Shown here in pieces: positions 18,862 to 27,825 of a stretch of 64,000 nt of DNA. The notes beneath the pieces were generated by a model. The model did no database searches. It had not been told where the DNA came from and was given only the letters and a program-made list of their open reading frames with translations. The translations under genes were made by a program, and so were the position numbers. How positions within the stretch are numbered: position 1 is the stretch's first letter; each line of letters opens with the position of its first letter. The stretch is from Gammaproteobacteria bacterium. GTDB taxonomy: Bacteria > Pseudomonadota > Gammaproteobacteria > UBA4575. The DNA lies in NCBI GenBank assembly GCA_965243395.1, contig CBDEUS010000001.1, positions 864,001 through 928,000 on the forward strand. Direction: 5' to 3'.

Positions 18862-19653
18862 ATGGAAATCAGACACTTTCTTTACAATTCATTCCTCATA
18901 GAAAGTGGAAATAATAAAATTGCCATTGACCCGGGACAATATTTCTCGATTTTCAACTTTACTAGTCTAATTCCAAAAACAGAATGGAAAAGTATCACTC
19001 ATGTTTTAATAACTCATGGCGACCCCGATCATCATTGGCAATCTGATCGAGTATCGGCTGCTAGTAATGCACCAGTTATATGTGGAAAAGATTTAGCTAA
19101 AGTCGAAGATGGCAAAACACTACTCGTAGATCCCCGTGGTAAAGAACTGACGTCATGGATGCCATTTAAAAACGTACATCCGTTAGATGTTGGAGAGTCC
19201 GTCATTTTAGGAGATGTAGTAATTGAAGCAGTCAAAACTGTACATGGCCCTATCAGTGTCCCATTCCTGTGGTTCAAAATAAAAAAACAACCCGGACCAG
19301 GAGAACGGGTAGGCATTGGTTCTGTTGGTTTCAAAATCACACTAGATGATAAGACTATTGTGAATCTGGGGGATACGATTTTACAAAAGGAATGGACAAG
19401 AATAGAACCAGATGTGCTTATGCTTCCCATTGGTGGTTTGGGTAATAATACTTGGACAATGGATGTAGCCGATGCATTAGAAGCAGTTAAGCTCATCGCA
19501 CCAAAAAAAGTTATTCCGTGCCATTACAACGTTCCATTTTTGTGGATAAAGAATATCGCACCAGCAGATGATCAATTATTTGTTGCTGAAGTCGAAAAAA
19601 TGGGGATAGAGTGTCATATCATGCGCTATGGTGAATCAATTACAGTAAATTAA
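18862..19653 (+). CDS. MBL-fold metallo-hydrolase
   Basis: ITHGDPDH, TVHG, GDT, LPIGG, IPCHY. Confidence 0.85.
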   Translation: MEIRHFLYNSFLIESGNNKIAIDPGQYFSIFNFTSLIPKTEWKSITHVLITHGDPDHHWQSDRVSAASNAPVICGKDLAKVEDGKTLLVDPRGKELTSWMPFKNVHPLDVGESVILGDVVIEAVKTVHGPISVPFLWFKIKKQPGPGERVGIGSVGFKITLDDKTIVNLGDTILQKEWTRIEPDVLMLPIGGLGNNTWTMDVADALEAVKLIAPKKVIPCHYNVPFLWIKNIAPADDQLFVAEVEKMGIECHIMRYGESITVN

Positions 19654-19681
19654 TATGTCGGTATCGATCCAAAGCGGACAT
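19654..19681 (+). repeat. 28-bp cassette site
   Basis: TATGTCGGTAT CGATCC AAAGCGGACAT. Confidence 0.8.
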
Positions 19682-19694
19682 TCAAGAAAATTAG

Positions 19695-20948
19695 ATGATT
19701 GATAGAATATTTAATGCTTTATTTTCGATCGTTCAAGACTGTAACCTAATTCTGAAAGTCTTTACTAAGTATTCACTTTCACTGGTTACAATTTTTGCTG
19801 TTGGGTGTGCTACATCACTCAGACATGATCCAGTTCCTCAAGAATTAATATCTCAGGCAGCTATCTTAGAAACTTCAAATATCCGATTTTGGGGGGATGA
19901 GGAACCAAGAGGGTATAGAAGGAGTGATGACATTATCCAATGGCTAAAGCAACGCGCACAGAATAAAAATAGTAATAATGTGTCTTTGCCCGTATTAAAT
20001 GTCCTTGCTTTGTCAGGAGGTGGAGAAGATGGCCCTTTTGCTGCAGGTGTTATCACTGGTTGGACACGTAATGGAGATCGACCACAATTTGATGTAGTAA
20101 CCGGAGTAAGCGCAGGTGCATTAATATCACCATTCGTATTTCTAGGCCCTGAGTATGACGATGTCTTATTCGATATTTTTGCAAACTTAGAGGCTGATCA
20201 TATTTATAGACCGCAAATATTTAGCGGTTTGTTTGGAGGGTCAGCATTATATAGCTCTCATCCTTTAAAAGAGTTAATACATAAACATGTAACTGTAAAA
20301 ATTTTAAATCAAATTGCAATAGAGCATCGAAAAGGCCGTCGTTTATGGGTTGGCACAACAAACCTTGATGCTGGTCGACCTGTTATTTGGGACATCGGTG
20401 CATTAGCAGTTATCCAAATTCCAAATAAACTTGAAATTTTTCATAAAATCTTACTTGCTTCATCAAGTGTACCTGGACTATTCCCACCAGTGTTAATGGA
20501 AGTAACCGTTGGTGATAAAAGCTATACAGAACTTCATGTAGATGGCGGGGTTACGAGACAGGTTTTCTTTTACCCACCTCAGTTTGCAAAAGGTAGAACT
20601 GTAAAAGTGCTCAGTGACAAGTTTAATGCAAAACTCTACATTATTCGAAGCGGACGTAGTCAGGCGAGATATGAACCGATTGAAACTTCAACGTACTCTA
20701 TCGCACTTCGATCTATAATGATGACAATGCAAAATAAAGCAATTGGCGACTTATATAGGATATATGAAACCGCAAAACGAGATGGTTTTGACTATAATTT
20801 AGCAATAATCCCAGAAACGTTTGACCAGGAACCTAAAAGTGATTTTGATACAGACTACACTAATTCACTTTTTTATCTTGGTTATGAGCTTTCAAAAAAT
20901 GGTTATCCGTGGATTAAAGCTCCACCCGATTTTACCCCAAACGAATGA
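19695..20948 (+). CDS. Patatin-like phospholipase (probable lipoprotein)
   Basis: LSGGG, GVSAG nucleophile motif, DGG motif, AVGC lipobox-like segment. Confidence 0.88.
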   Translation: MIDRIFNALFSIVQDCNLILKVFTKYSLSLVTIFAVGCATSLRHDPVPQELISQAAILETSNIRFWGDEEPRGYRRSDDIIQWLKQRAQNKNSNNVSLPVLNVLALSGGGEDGPFAAGVITGWTRNGDRPQFDVVTGVSAGALISPFVFLGPEYDDVLFDIFANLEADHIYRPQIFSGLFGGSALYSSHPLKELIHKHVTVKILNQIAIEHRKGRRLWVGTTNLDAGRPVIWDIGALAVIQIPNKLEIFHKILLASSSVPGLFPPVLMEVTVGDKSYTELHVDGGVTRQVFFYPPQFAKGRTVKVLSDKFNAKLYIIRSGRSQARYEPIETSTYSIALRSIMMTMQNKAIGDLYRIYETAKRDGFDYNLAIIPETFDQEPKSDFDTDYTNSLFYLGYELSKNGYPWIKAPPDFTPNE

Positions 20949-21511
20949 CTGCTCCTTATATACTCAGCTTTTTTCTAGCAGCATTATTAACCCTGCTCAC
21001 AATCATTTTCCAAAACTATGAATTTCTACTATATGCGGTAACAGTAATTATATTGATAGTTATTCTCTACAAAACAGACCAATATTTTAAATATAAAAAA
21101 CTAGGCATATGGTTATTTAATATTTGGTTAATTCTGCATATTTTAGGGGGCTTGGCTTTTTATCAAGGTGTCCGATTTTACGATTTGATGCTAATAGATC
21201 TGGTGGGTGAACCATATAACATCCTCAAATACGACCAGTTTGTGCACTTCTATTGCTACATAGTTATGTCAATTCTAATGTGGAGTGTGGTTCATAACAT
21301 AATGAAACAAAACGCAAGTAGTATCGTAGTGTGCGTAGTTACGATATTGGCAGCATCCAGTATTGGGGCTCTAAACGAAATAATCGAGTTTTTTGCTGTT
21401 GTTGCATTTGGCACAGATGGCGTAGGTGGGTATATCAATACTGTAATTGACTTAATTGCAAATCTTCTTGGTGCGATTACGGGCACGATTTATATGTATG
21501 CTAGGCAATAA
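20945..21511 (+). CDS. DUF2238-like membrane protein
   Basis: LHILGG, YDQFVHF, GALNEIIEF, DLIANLLGA. Confidence 0.7.
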   Translation: MTAPYILSFFLAALLTLLTIIFQNYEFLLYAVTVIILIVILYKTDQYFKYKKLGIWLFNIWLILHILGGLAFYQGVRFYDLMLIDLVGEPYNILKYDQFVHFYCYIVMSILMWSVVHNIMKQNASSIVVCVVTILAASSIGALNEIIEFFAVVAFGTDGVGGYINTVIDLIANLLGAITGTIYMYARQ

Positions 21512-21721
21512 AAGTATATGACTACGTTTAACTGTAAAAAGACAACCGTTAATATACTGTCGGAGTTGCATCATTTTTTTCTATCGAATAAATTCCAATA
21601 TGTGAGACTTAGCACAAATTGGGAATATTCTACCGCCTAATAAAGTAGATATTTCCATATTAAAATTTATATTGAGGCGGTCTTGTAATCTACTAAATCG
21701 CCCATATATACGTCTTATACT

Positions 21722-22429
21722 ATGGATAATGAAACTATAACCTCTCCTTGTTCAAAATTAGATGCAACTAGAATTAATTTTCTATGTTGGAATATTAAGA
21801 AGGGCAAAAAGCCTAATTGGCAGGAGGACTTGTCGTGTTTAGTGGATGGCAAAGACCTAGTAATACTTCAAGAAGCAGCACTTGGGTTAGATTTTCCTGA
21901 AGTTTTCGGCGAAACAGTACATTATTCTTTTGGCAAAGGTTATAAAACAAAATCGCTGACTACTGGCGTTATGACGATTTCTAAACATGAGCCACTGAGG
22001 CATTACAACCTCACATGTTGGGAACCATGGTTGGCTACGCCTAAGGCAACTAATATAACGGAATATGGATTATCAGGCACAAAAGAAACACTCATCGTAG
22101 TAAATATTCACGCTATTAATTTCACCTTCGGGGTTAAACAATTCCGTCGACAAATTGAAAAAGTACGACGAGTTTTAGCAGAACATAGTGGCCCTTTAAT
22201 ATTGTCTGGTGATTTTAATACTTGGCGTAAAAAACGTATGAAAATCATCGAAACCTTAGCTGTTGAACATGAGTTAGATGCTTTGTCGTTTCAGAAGGAT
22301 CATCGTAAAAGAATATTTGGTCAGCGTCTGGATCACATCTTCGTGCGGTCATTAACTGCTGAGAGCACGGGAACACATCATGTGGAATCTTCCGATCACA
22401 ACCCACTTTCGGCAAAGTTAAAACTTTAA
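21722..22429 (+). CDS. Endonuclease/exonuclease/phosphatase family protein (YafD/UPF0294-like)
   Basis: WNIKKG, LQEA, VNIHAINF, GDFNTW, LDHIF, SDHNP. Confidence 0.88.
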   Translation: MDNETITSPCSKLDATRINFLCWNIKKGKKPNWQEDLSCLVDGKDLVILQEAALGLDFPEVFGETVHYSFGKGYKTKSLTTGVMTISKHEPLRHYNLTCWEPWLATPKATNITEYGLSGTKETLIVVNIHAINFTFGVKQFRRQIEKVRRVLAEHSGPLILSGDFNTWRKKRMKIIETLAVEHELDALSFQKDHRKRIFGQRLDHIFVRSLTAESTGTHHVESSDHNPLSAKLKL

Positions 22430-22433
22430 AAGA

Positions 22434-22461
22434 ACGAACACTATTTGCCTAAGGCAGTCAT
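22434..22461 (+). repeat. 28-bp cassette site
   Basis: ACGAACACTAT TTGCCT AAGGCAGTCAT. Confidence 0.55.
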
Positions 22462-22591
22462 AACGATTTTAGCTAATTTGATTTGAGTCAATAAATTAGT
22501 GTCTATCCTTAGATAAATTCTAATCAAACCTTTTAATTTCTGTCTACTGCCCATATCTATGGTCTGTATGTAAAGATATTGAGATAAGAGA

Positions 22592-23161
22592 ATGGCTGAA
22601 CAAATTAAAAACATTATCCCGATTTGGATTAAATGGACTCATTTAGGACTGGCGCTATTCGGCATTACTGCCTATCTAACTGCTGAATTGGCAGAATACT
22701 CAGATGGGTTTGGTTACTATTTGCATGCTTATCTTGGACTTACACTATTGTTGTTTATTATTAGTCGCACTATTTATGGTGTAATTGGCAAACCTCAATA
22801 CAGGTTTTCTAATTGGTTCCTTTACAACCGAGCTTATATAAAGACAATTAAAGAAGATATTAAAGACTTAATTGCACTAAAGATTCCAGAAAGGACAGAC
22901 CATAAGGGACTGTCAGGCTTAGTTCAAGCATTCGGTTTACTTGTATTTTCATGGATGGCTATTACTGGCACGATTATGTTTTATGCGGGAAGTTCTGAAG
23001 ACTCAATGGCAACTGAATTACACGAAGTTGGCGAAACGCTGGTTCCATTGTTTTTAATTCTTCATGTCGGCGCAGTTATTCTTCACATACTTTTTGGTAA
23101 GAATAATTTAATAAAGATGTTGCCATTTCTCTCAAACAAAAAGAATTTAGCGCATGATTGA
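22592..23161 (+). CDS. Cytochrome b/b6-like (b561/hydrogenase cytochrome b) membrane protein
   Basis: Four TM segments with His ligands WTH, LHAY, LHE, LHV; FNR-like box TTGATTTGAGTCAA at 22478-22491. Confidence 0.78.
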   Translation: MAEQIKNIIPIWIKWTHLGLALFGITAYLTAELAEYSDGFGYYLHAYLGLTLLLFIISRTIYGVIGKPQYRFSNWFLYNRAYIKTIKEDIKDLIALKIPERTDHKGLSGLVQAFGLLVFSWMAITGTIMFYAGSSEDSMATELHEVGETLVPLFLILHVGAVILHILFGKNNLIKMLPFLSNKKNLAHD

Positions 23162-23212
23162 CGACTTCTATAGGCATCCCCAAAATGCCTTCTAAAATGT
23201 TTGATTAAATAA

Positions 23213-23311
23213 TTGATGGAGGCGGCGGGATTGTCCTTAACACATCCCTGTGTTTCGCTCTTTGAGCACATTCGGCGGACCAAAATGTTCCAGACATTTT
23301 GTCAAACCCGC
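23213..23311 (-). ncRNA. RtT-like structured element ending in a tmRNA-type 3' end
   Basis: The minus strand reads GCGGGTTTGAC-[CAAAATGTCTGGAACATTTTG hairpin]...GCTCAAAGAGC-GA-[AACACAGGGATGTGTT hairpin]...AATCCCGCCGCCTCCATCA, i.e. a T-arm interrupted by hairpins. Confidence 0.55.
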
Positions 23312-23351
23312 TACGCAGTGCTTCTATTCCATCAACTCATTCAGCTAATAC

Positions 23352-23380
23352 AAAAAAACGCCCTTGTAGGGTGTTTTTTT
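23352..23380. terminator. Bidirectional intrinsic terminator next to the att copy
   Basis: AAAAAAACGCCCT-TGT-AGGGTGTTTTTTT. Confidence 0.75.
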
Positions 23381-23529
23381 ATTAGTGGTGGAGGCGGCGT
23401 CTATCAAATAGTTATTCTATCTACCTGATTATATTCAATATTTTAATTCTATTCTAAATTTATACCCCCAAACTTACCCCCAATTATCATCGGATTTGGA
23501 TAGACTTTATTGGATGCAATGGGATTATT

Positions 23530-23557
23530 ATGTCTTTTAATGAACCAAAGCAGAGAT
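23530..23557 (+). repeat. 28-bp cassette site
   Basis: ATGTCTTTTAA TGAACC AAAGCAGAGAT. Confidence 0.7.
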
Positions 23558-23594
23558 AAAATATTTAAGTAAATTTTATAAAAAGGATAGCTTC

Positions 23595-24473
23595 ATGCCT
23601 AAAACATTTATCGCAATGCGTAGTGTCCTTTATGTTCCCGGCTCTAATCTTCGTGCACTGCAAAAGGCAAAATCTCTAGCTGCTGATGCTTTTATCTTTG
23701 ACCTTGAAGATGCTGTTTCACCCGAAATGAAAGAAAACGCAAGAGTGAATATCTTGGAAACTCTGGATCAAAATAACTTTGCAGCAAAACAAACTGTAAT
23801 AAGAGTAAATCCTCTGGGGAGCTACTGGGGATTTAACGATCTTGTAGCTGCTGCGAAAAGTAAGGCGACAGCGATTTTGCTTCCTAAAGTTGAAAGTGCG
23901 GATATGGTGAGACAAGCTGAATCCATATTAATCGAATCAAACCCCTCTAACAGTTTAGATATTTGGTGCATGATGGAAACACCAAGGAGCATGCTTCATG
24001 CAGAAGAAATAGCAAGCGCTAGTCCTAGTATTCGCGCAATTGTAATTGGAACATCGGATCTCGCAAAAGATTTAGGCGCTCTTCATACTAGAGAAAGATT
24101 ACCATTTCTTACTAGCCTTTGTATTTGCATAATGGCCGCTCGTGCGGCGGATGTTGCAATCATAGATGGTGTTCATCTTAATCTTGATGATGAAGAAGGA
24201 TTTGATTATGCCTGCAAGCAGGGACGTGAACTTGGGTTTGATGGAAAATCTTTAATACATCCAAAAACTATATCTAAAGCGAATGAGACGTTTTCCCCGT
24301 CTAAAGAGGAAATTAACTGGTCAAAAAGAATAATTAAGGCTTATAAGGAAGCGACTAATCGAGGTGAAGGAGTTGTGGTAGTAGATGGAAGATTAATTGA
24401 GCAACTTCATATCGAAGGAGCAAAAAGAACGTTACTTTTATCAAATGCTATTGAAAAACTTGGTAATGATTAA
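23595..24473 (+). CDS. CitE/malyl-CoA thioesterase-like CoA ester lyase (HpcH/HpaI family)
   Basis: RSVLYVPGSN, DLEDAV, IRVN, LPKVES, MMETP, GFDGKSLIHP. Confidence 0.9.
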   Translation: MPKTFIAMRSVLYVPGSNLRALQKAKSLAADAFIFDLEDAVSPEMKENARVNILETLDQNNFAAKQTVIRVNPLGSYWGFNDLVAAAKSKATAILLPKVESADMVRQAESILIESNPSNSLDIWCMMETPRSMLHAEEIASASPSIRAIVIGTSDLAKDLGALHTRERLPFLTSLCICIMAARAADVAIIDGVHLNLDDEEGFDYACKQGRELGFDGKSLIHPKTISKANETFSPSKEEINWSKRIIKAYKEATNRGEGVVVVDGRLIEQLHIEGAKRTLLLSNAIEKLGND

Positions 24474-24523
24474 TATCAAACTATCTGATTGAATATTTTC
24501 AAATGAGATCCACTAGAATTTAA

Positions 24524-24552
24524 ATGACCGCTATTCGCCGAATAGCAGTCAT
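24524..24552 (+). repeat. Cassette site with a 1-nt insertion (29 bp)
   Basis: ATGACCGCTAT TCGCCG AATAGCAGTCAT. Confidence 0.78.
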
Positions 24553-24586
24553 TTCCAATAGGGTATTTTTAGCACTAATATAGCTA

Positions 24587-25087
24587 ATGTATATAATTTT
24601 TAGCCCACTTATTATTGCACTTGCAAGCATAATATTATTTCTTATTTTTTTATGGATAGTCCATCGAATCCAAGGTAAAAAATTTTCACGAACTACTAAA
24701 ATAAGTGCATCCATTGTCGTTGGCTTTTTCGTAATCGCTTTAGTTGTTGCACATATATACACGGAAAAGAAGCTTGCTAATAACGAGGATTTCGCTAATA
24801 AATTGATTGAATCCATCTTAAACAATACAGATTTTTATCTGAGTGAAATATCAGAAGATGAAGATATTAAAGAAATAGAAGAAAAACGTGAGTTGTTACA
24901 TGGATCACTTCATTTAGAACATAGTGACTTTAGTTATGGGTCTCACGAATACCATTATTGTCTAGATAATAAAACAGCTATAAGTATTTTTTTTTCTGAT
25001 AGAAATAATTCTCCCAAATTTGCGCAAATTAATATCTATGAACCAGGCTCTTTTCGAGCTGAAATGTGTAAAAAGTATGTAAATTAG
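24587..25087 (+). CDS. Hypothetical protein with two N-terminal TM segments
   Basis: 166-aa ORF between two sites. Confidence 0.65.
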   Translation: MYIIFSPLIIALASIILFLIFLWIVHRIQGKKFSRTTKISASIVVGFFVIALVVAHIYTEKKLANNEDFANKLIESILNNTDFYLSEISEDEDIKEIEEKRELLHGSLHLEHSDFSYGSHEYHYCLDNKTAISIFFSDRNNSPKFAQINIYEPGSFRAEMCKKYVN

Positions 25088-25089
25088 AT

Positions 25090-25117
25090 ATGCCTACTTC
25101 TAGTCGAAAGCAGACAA
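25090..25117 (+). repeat. 28-bp cassette site
   Basis: ATGCCTACTTC TAGTCG AAAGCAGACAA. Confidence 0.7.
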
Positions 25118-25162
25118 AATAAGGTGCACAATGTATTGGAATCAATAAACTACAAATCTAAA

Positions 25163-25190
25163 ATGTCCGGTATCGACCCAAAGCGGACAT
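25163..25190 (+). repeat. 28-bp cassette site
   Basis: ATGTCCGGTAT CGACCC AAAGCGGACAT. Confidence 0.88.
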
Positions 25191-25349
25191 TCGTAGACTA
25201 GTCTAGATTGACTCAGGTCAAGACACCTCAACTAGAGAAATGCAATTATTCAAGAAACATTGCTAGTTCTCTTGATCTCTTGTTTATATAAAAATTTATC
25301 AAGATAACTGCACGGTAGTGGTGAAATCATGCATCCATGAGGAAAGACC

Positions 25350-25892
25350 ATGCCTATTTATCTTGAACCACGAGACGTAACTTCTGATCTTAAAGGCTTT
25401 AATTCAGTCTTGATTGTTTCTTGTCCCGTCTGCCCACCAATGAGTATGGCGATGCAAACAAAGAAGCCTTTCATCGACTTTTTCAAACATGGTATTAAGA
25501 CAGAGGTTTTTGAGGACTACATCAATTCAATTCGTGAGCCGCTCGAACAACAAAGTGTGCATACTGATGTTTACACCACCCGTGCACCTTCACCCTTGAT
25601 GTGCCTTTGGACAGAAGGACAATGTAGCAGATTATTAAAACGAACTAAGGGCCATGATGCAGTACTCGTAGTGGGATGTAATTCCGCAATACATGTTGTA
25701 AAAGACATCCTCAAAGATACGGATTGCAAAATTTTTCCAGCCATGAAAATGAAGGCAATTGCAAATGCAACCACGAAATTCCAGTTCCCCATTAAAGTGA
25801 AGTTTGACATGAATCCGATAAAAAAGAAAAGCAGAGTTAACAATCAAAAGGAATCCACTAGTGTCGAGAGGGAAAATGAAAAGGATGTGTAA
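25350..25892 (+). CDS. Cys-containing hypothetical protein resembling the N-terminal part of MetV/MTHFR-C-associated proteins
   Basis: VLIVSCPVCP...LMCL...DAVLVVGC; family assignment is tentative. Confidence 0.5.
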   Translation: MPIYLEPRDVTSDLKGFNSVLIVSCPVCPPMSMAMQTKKPFIDFFKHGIKTEVFEDYINSIREPLEQQSVHTDVYTTRAPSPLMCLWTEGQCSRLLKRTKGHDAVLVVGCNSAIHVVKDILKDTDCKIFPAMKMKAIANATTKFQFPIKVKFDMNPIKKKSRVNNQKESTSVERENEKDV

Positions 25893-25930
25893 TAAAGCAC
25901 GTAATTAACCCTGTTGCATTAGAGTAGTTA

Positions 25931-25944
25931 TTGATCTAAATCAA
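25931..25944. promoter_or_regulatory. FNR/CRP-family box
   Basis: TTGATCTAAATCAA is a perfect consensus; a related TTGACTCAGGTCAA lies at 25208-25221. Confidence 0.6.
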
Positions 25945-26010
25945 CATATAGAGGTAAACCATCATTCAAAGTGACCTTTATTAATATCGACTCCAGAGAG
26001 GTACATAGCG

Positions 26011-26268
26011 ATGATGCAAGACATGATGAAGAAATGCTGTGGTGAGGATGGAACACCTAACTTCGAAAAGATGAAGCAATTCATGGAACAATGCGGAAAA
26101 GAAGAATTTAGCGAAGATCAGATCAAAATGATGAAACAATTTTGTTCTGAAAAAGTCATGCCCATGATGCAAGAGATGATGGAAATGATGGAGAAGTGTG
26201 GTTGTATGATTCCTGAATCAACTTCTAATGAATCTAGCACAGATTCTAAATCTGAATGCTGTCACTAA
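26011..26268 (+). CDS. Small Met/Cys-rich protein
   Basis: MMQDMMKKCC...MMQEMMEMMEKCGC...ECCH; GAGAGG RBS. Confidence 0.65.
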   Translation: MMQDMMKKCCGEDGTPNFEKMKQFMEQCGKEEFSEDQIKMMKQFCSEKVMPMMQEMMEMMEKCGCMIPESTSNESSTDSKSECCH

Positions 26269-26280
26269 TGAAAACAGTTC

Positions 26281-26514
26281 ATGTGTTTTTTCTTTAGTTT
26301 AATGCCAGCCACTTTTGGGTTAGTGGTGGGGTATTTTGTTTTGTTTTCTTCTACCAAAGCAGAAGGTGGTGTTAAAATCTTTGGAATAGTGTTGGCCACT
26401 TGGATTTTTATCATTACTGCGTTTATTCCCATAGCTGGAGCTTATCTAGCTTTTTCTGAACTATGCCACATGGAAGGAATGATGCAAAACATGCAATTTG
26501 ATAAGGATTCGTAA
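26281..26514 (+). CDS. Small two-TM protein with a Met/His tail
   Basis: 77-aa ORF co-oriented with the Met-rich gene. Confidence 0.6.
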   Translation: MCFFFSLMPATFGLVVGYFVLFSSTKAEGGVKIFGIVLATWIFIITAFIPIAGAYLAFSELCHMEGMMQNMQFDKDS

Positions 26515-26646
26515 CTTACCTATTTTCAATCTTTTTTAGTAAACAATTTTCCATATTCGTGAAGTAACCTGCTAACAATCAAAGAAGAGTATCAGTTGTG
26601 GTATTTTTATCGTTATTAATGTAAGTGGAGTAATCAAAGACTAAAT

Positions 26647-27204
26647 ATGAACAAATTGACATTCATGAAAGTTCATGTACTTCTTGCAGCGTTTATTCTT
26701 CCAGTTGCTGCAATGTTTGCGATAACCGGTTCATTTTATACTTGGGGGATAAAAGGCAGCTACTCTAATGATGTCCATGAAATTGCACTTAACGAACCTT
26801 TAAGCGCTGATGCTTCTACTTTAACGAAGCTGGCTGAAACCGAATTACAAAATCTAAATATAGCTGCGCCTGAAGGCAAGCCAAAACTAAAGAAATATGG
26901 TAGCCATTATCTACTCGAGTGGACGGGCTCTTCAAAAGACTTGATTCTTGAACCAACAGAAAACGAACTTATAGCCAAACTTACAATTAAAAATACCAGC
27001 TGGTACAGAAACCTGGTTCAACTTCACAAAGCAAAAGGCGGGACAGCTTTTAAAATCTACGCGGTTATATTTGCAGTCGCATTAGGATTGTTACTTATTT
27101 CAGGCTTCATTATGGCGTGGCTAACACCTAACCTTAGGACTGCTACTATGGCAGCAGCCTTAATTGGGCTAATTTCTTTTATCGTTTTGATATCGTTAAG
27201 CTAA
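26647..27204 (+). CDS. PepSY-associated TM domain protein
   Basis: KVHVLLAAFILP...ITG and LVQLHKAKGG motifs. Confidence 0.65.
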   Translation: MNKLTFMKVHVLLAAFILPVAAMFAITGSFYTWGIKGSYSNDVHEIALNEPLSADASTLTKLAETELQNLNIAAPEGKPKLKKYGSHYLLEWTGSSKDLILEPTENELIAKLTIKNTSWYRNLVQLHKAKGGTAFKIYAVIFAVALGLLLISGFIMAWLTPNLRTATMAAALIGLISFIVLISLS

Positions 27205-27222
27205 TGAATCATAAACTATCAA

Positions 27223-27615
27223 ATGAATAAATCTAATCTAATAAAGTTTGTAGATGTAACAGCATTCATTGGTTTTATATTTGTTGTATCAACCGGCGTT
27301 TTGCTTCGATATGTGTTACCAACCCAAAGTGGTCGTGCAGTCGAATTATTGGGTATGAACAGACATGATTGGGGTGATATACACTTTTATATTACGCTTA
27401 TATTTTTAATCATATTGTCTATCCACCTATTGTTACATTGGAAATTCTTCCTTCATTTATTTCAAAATGGATTTAAAAGCACTAATACATTCCGATTGAT
27501 GTTAGGAATTGTGGCTTTAATAGCCGTCGTGGCATTAGCGATAGCTCCATTTATTGCACCATTGGAATACTCTGAAACTACTAAAGGACACCAAATTGGT
27601 AAACATAGGGATTAA
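27223..27615 (+). CDS. DUF4405-like cytochrome b-type membrane protein
   Basis: STGVLLRYVLP, WGDIHFY, IHLLLHW. Confidence 0.75.
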   Translation: MNKSNLIKFVDVTAFIGFIFVVSTGVLLRYVLPTQSGRAVELLGMNRHDWGDIHFYITLIFLIILSIHLLLHWKFFLHLFQNGFKSTNTFRLMLGIVALIAVVALAIAPFIAPLEYSETTKGHQIGKHRD

Positions 27616-27632
27616 GATAAACTTAATTTCGA

Positions 27633-27660
27633 ATGACCGCAATTGGCCGAAAGTGGACAT
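27633..27660 (+). repeat. 28-bp cassette site (TGGCCG spacer)
   Basis: ATGACCGCAAT TGGCCG AAAGTGGACAT. Confidence 0.85.
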
Positions 27661-27825
27661 AAGCATTTCTATCTAGTGCGACAAATGTTAGATCAGTAGC
27701 TAATCATTTAAATAAGCCTCCCTTTACTCGCACGCTGGGAGGAATATAGGATGGTTTGGCAAAGCAATTTAAAATTGATAACAATTTATAACTTAAAAGT
27801 CACTTCTAAATGAATATGATGTCGA

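Larger units (their letters stand above)
23172..23529. mobile_element. Island junction with two tmRNA 3'-end copies (23213-23230 and 23386-23399) and arm-like flanks
   Basis: GGCATCCCCAAAATGCCTTCTAAAATGTTTGATTAA is near-identical to 41389-41428; TGGTGGAGGCGGCG core; TACCCCCAAACTTACCCCCA repeats. Confidence 0.85.

Noticed and set aside
23083-23428. 66-aa and 71-aa ORFs across the junction
   Set aside because: They overlap att copies, the RtT-like element and a terminator, and have no protein features.
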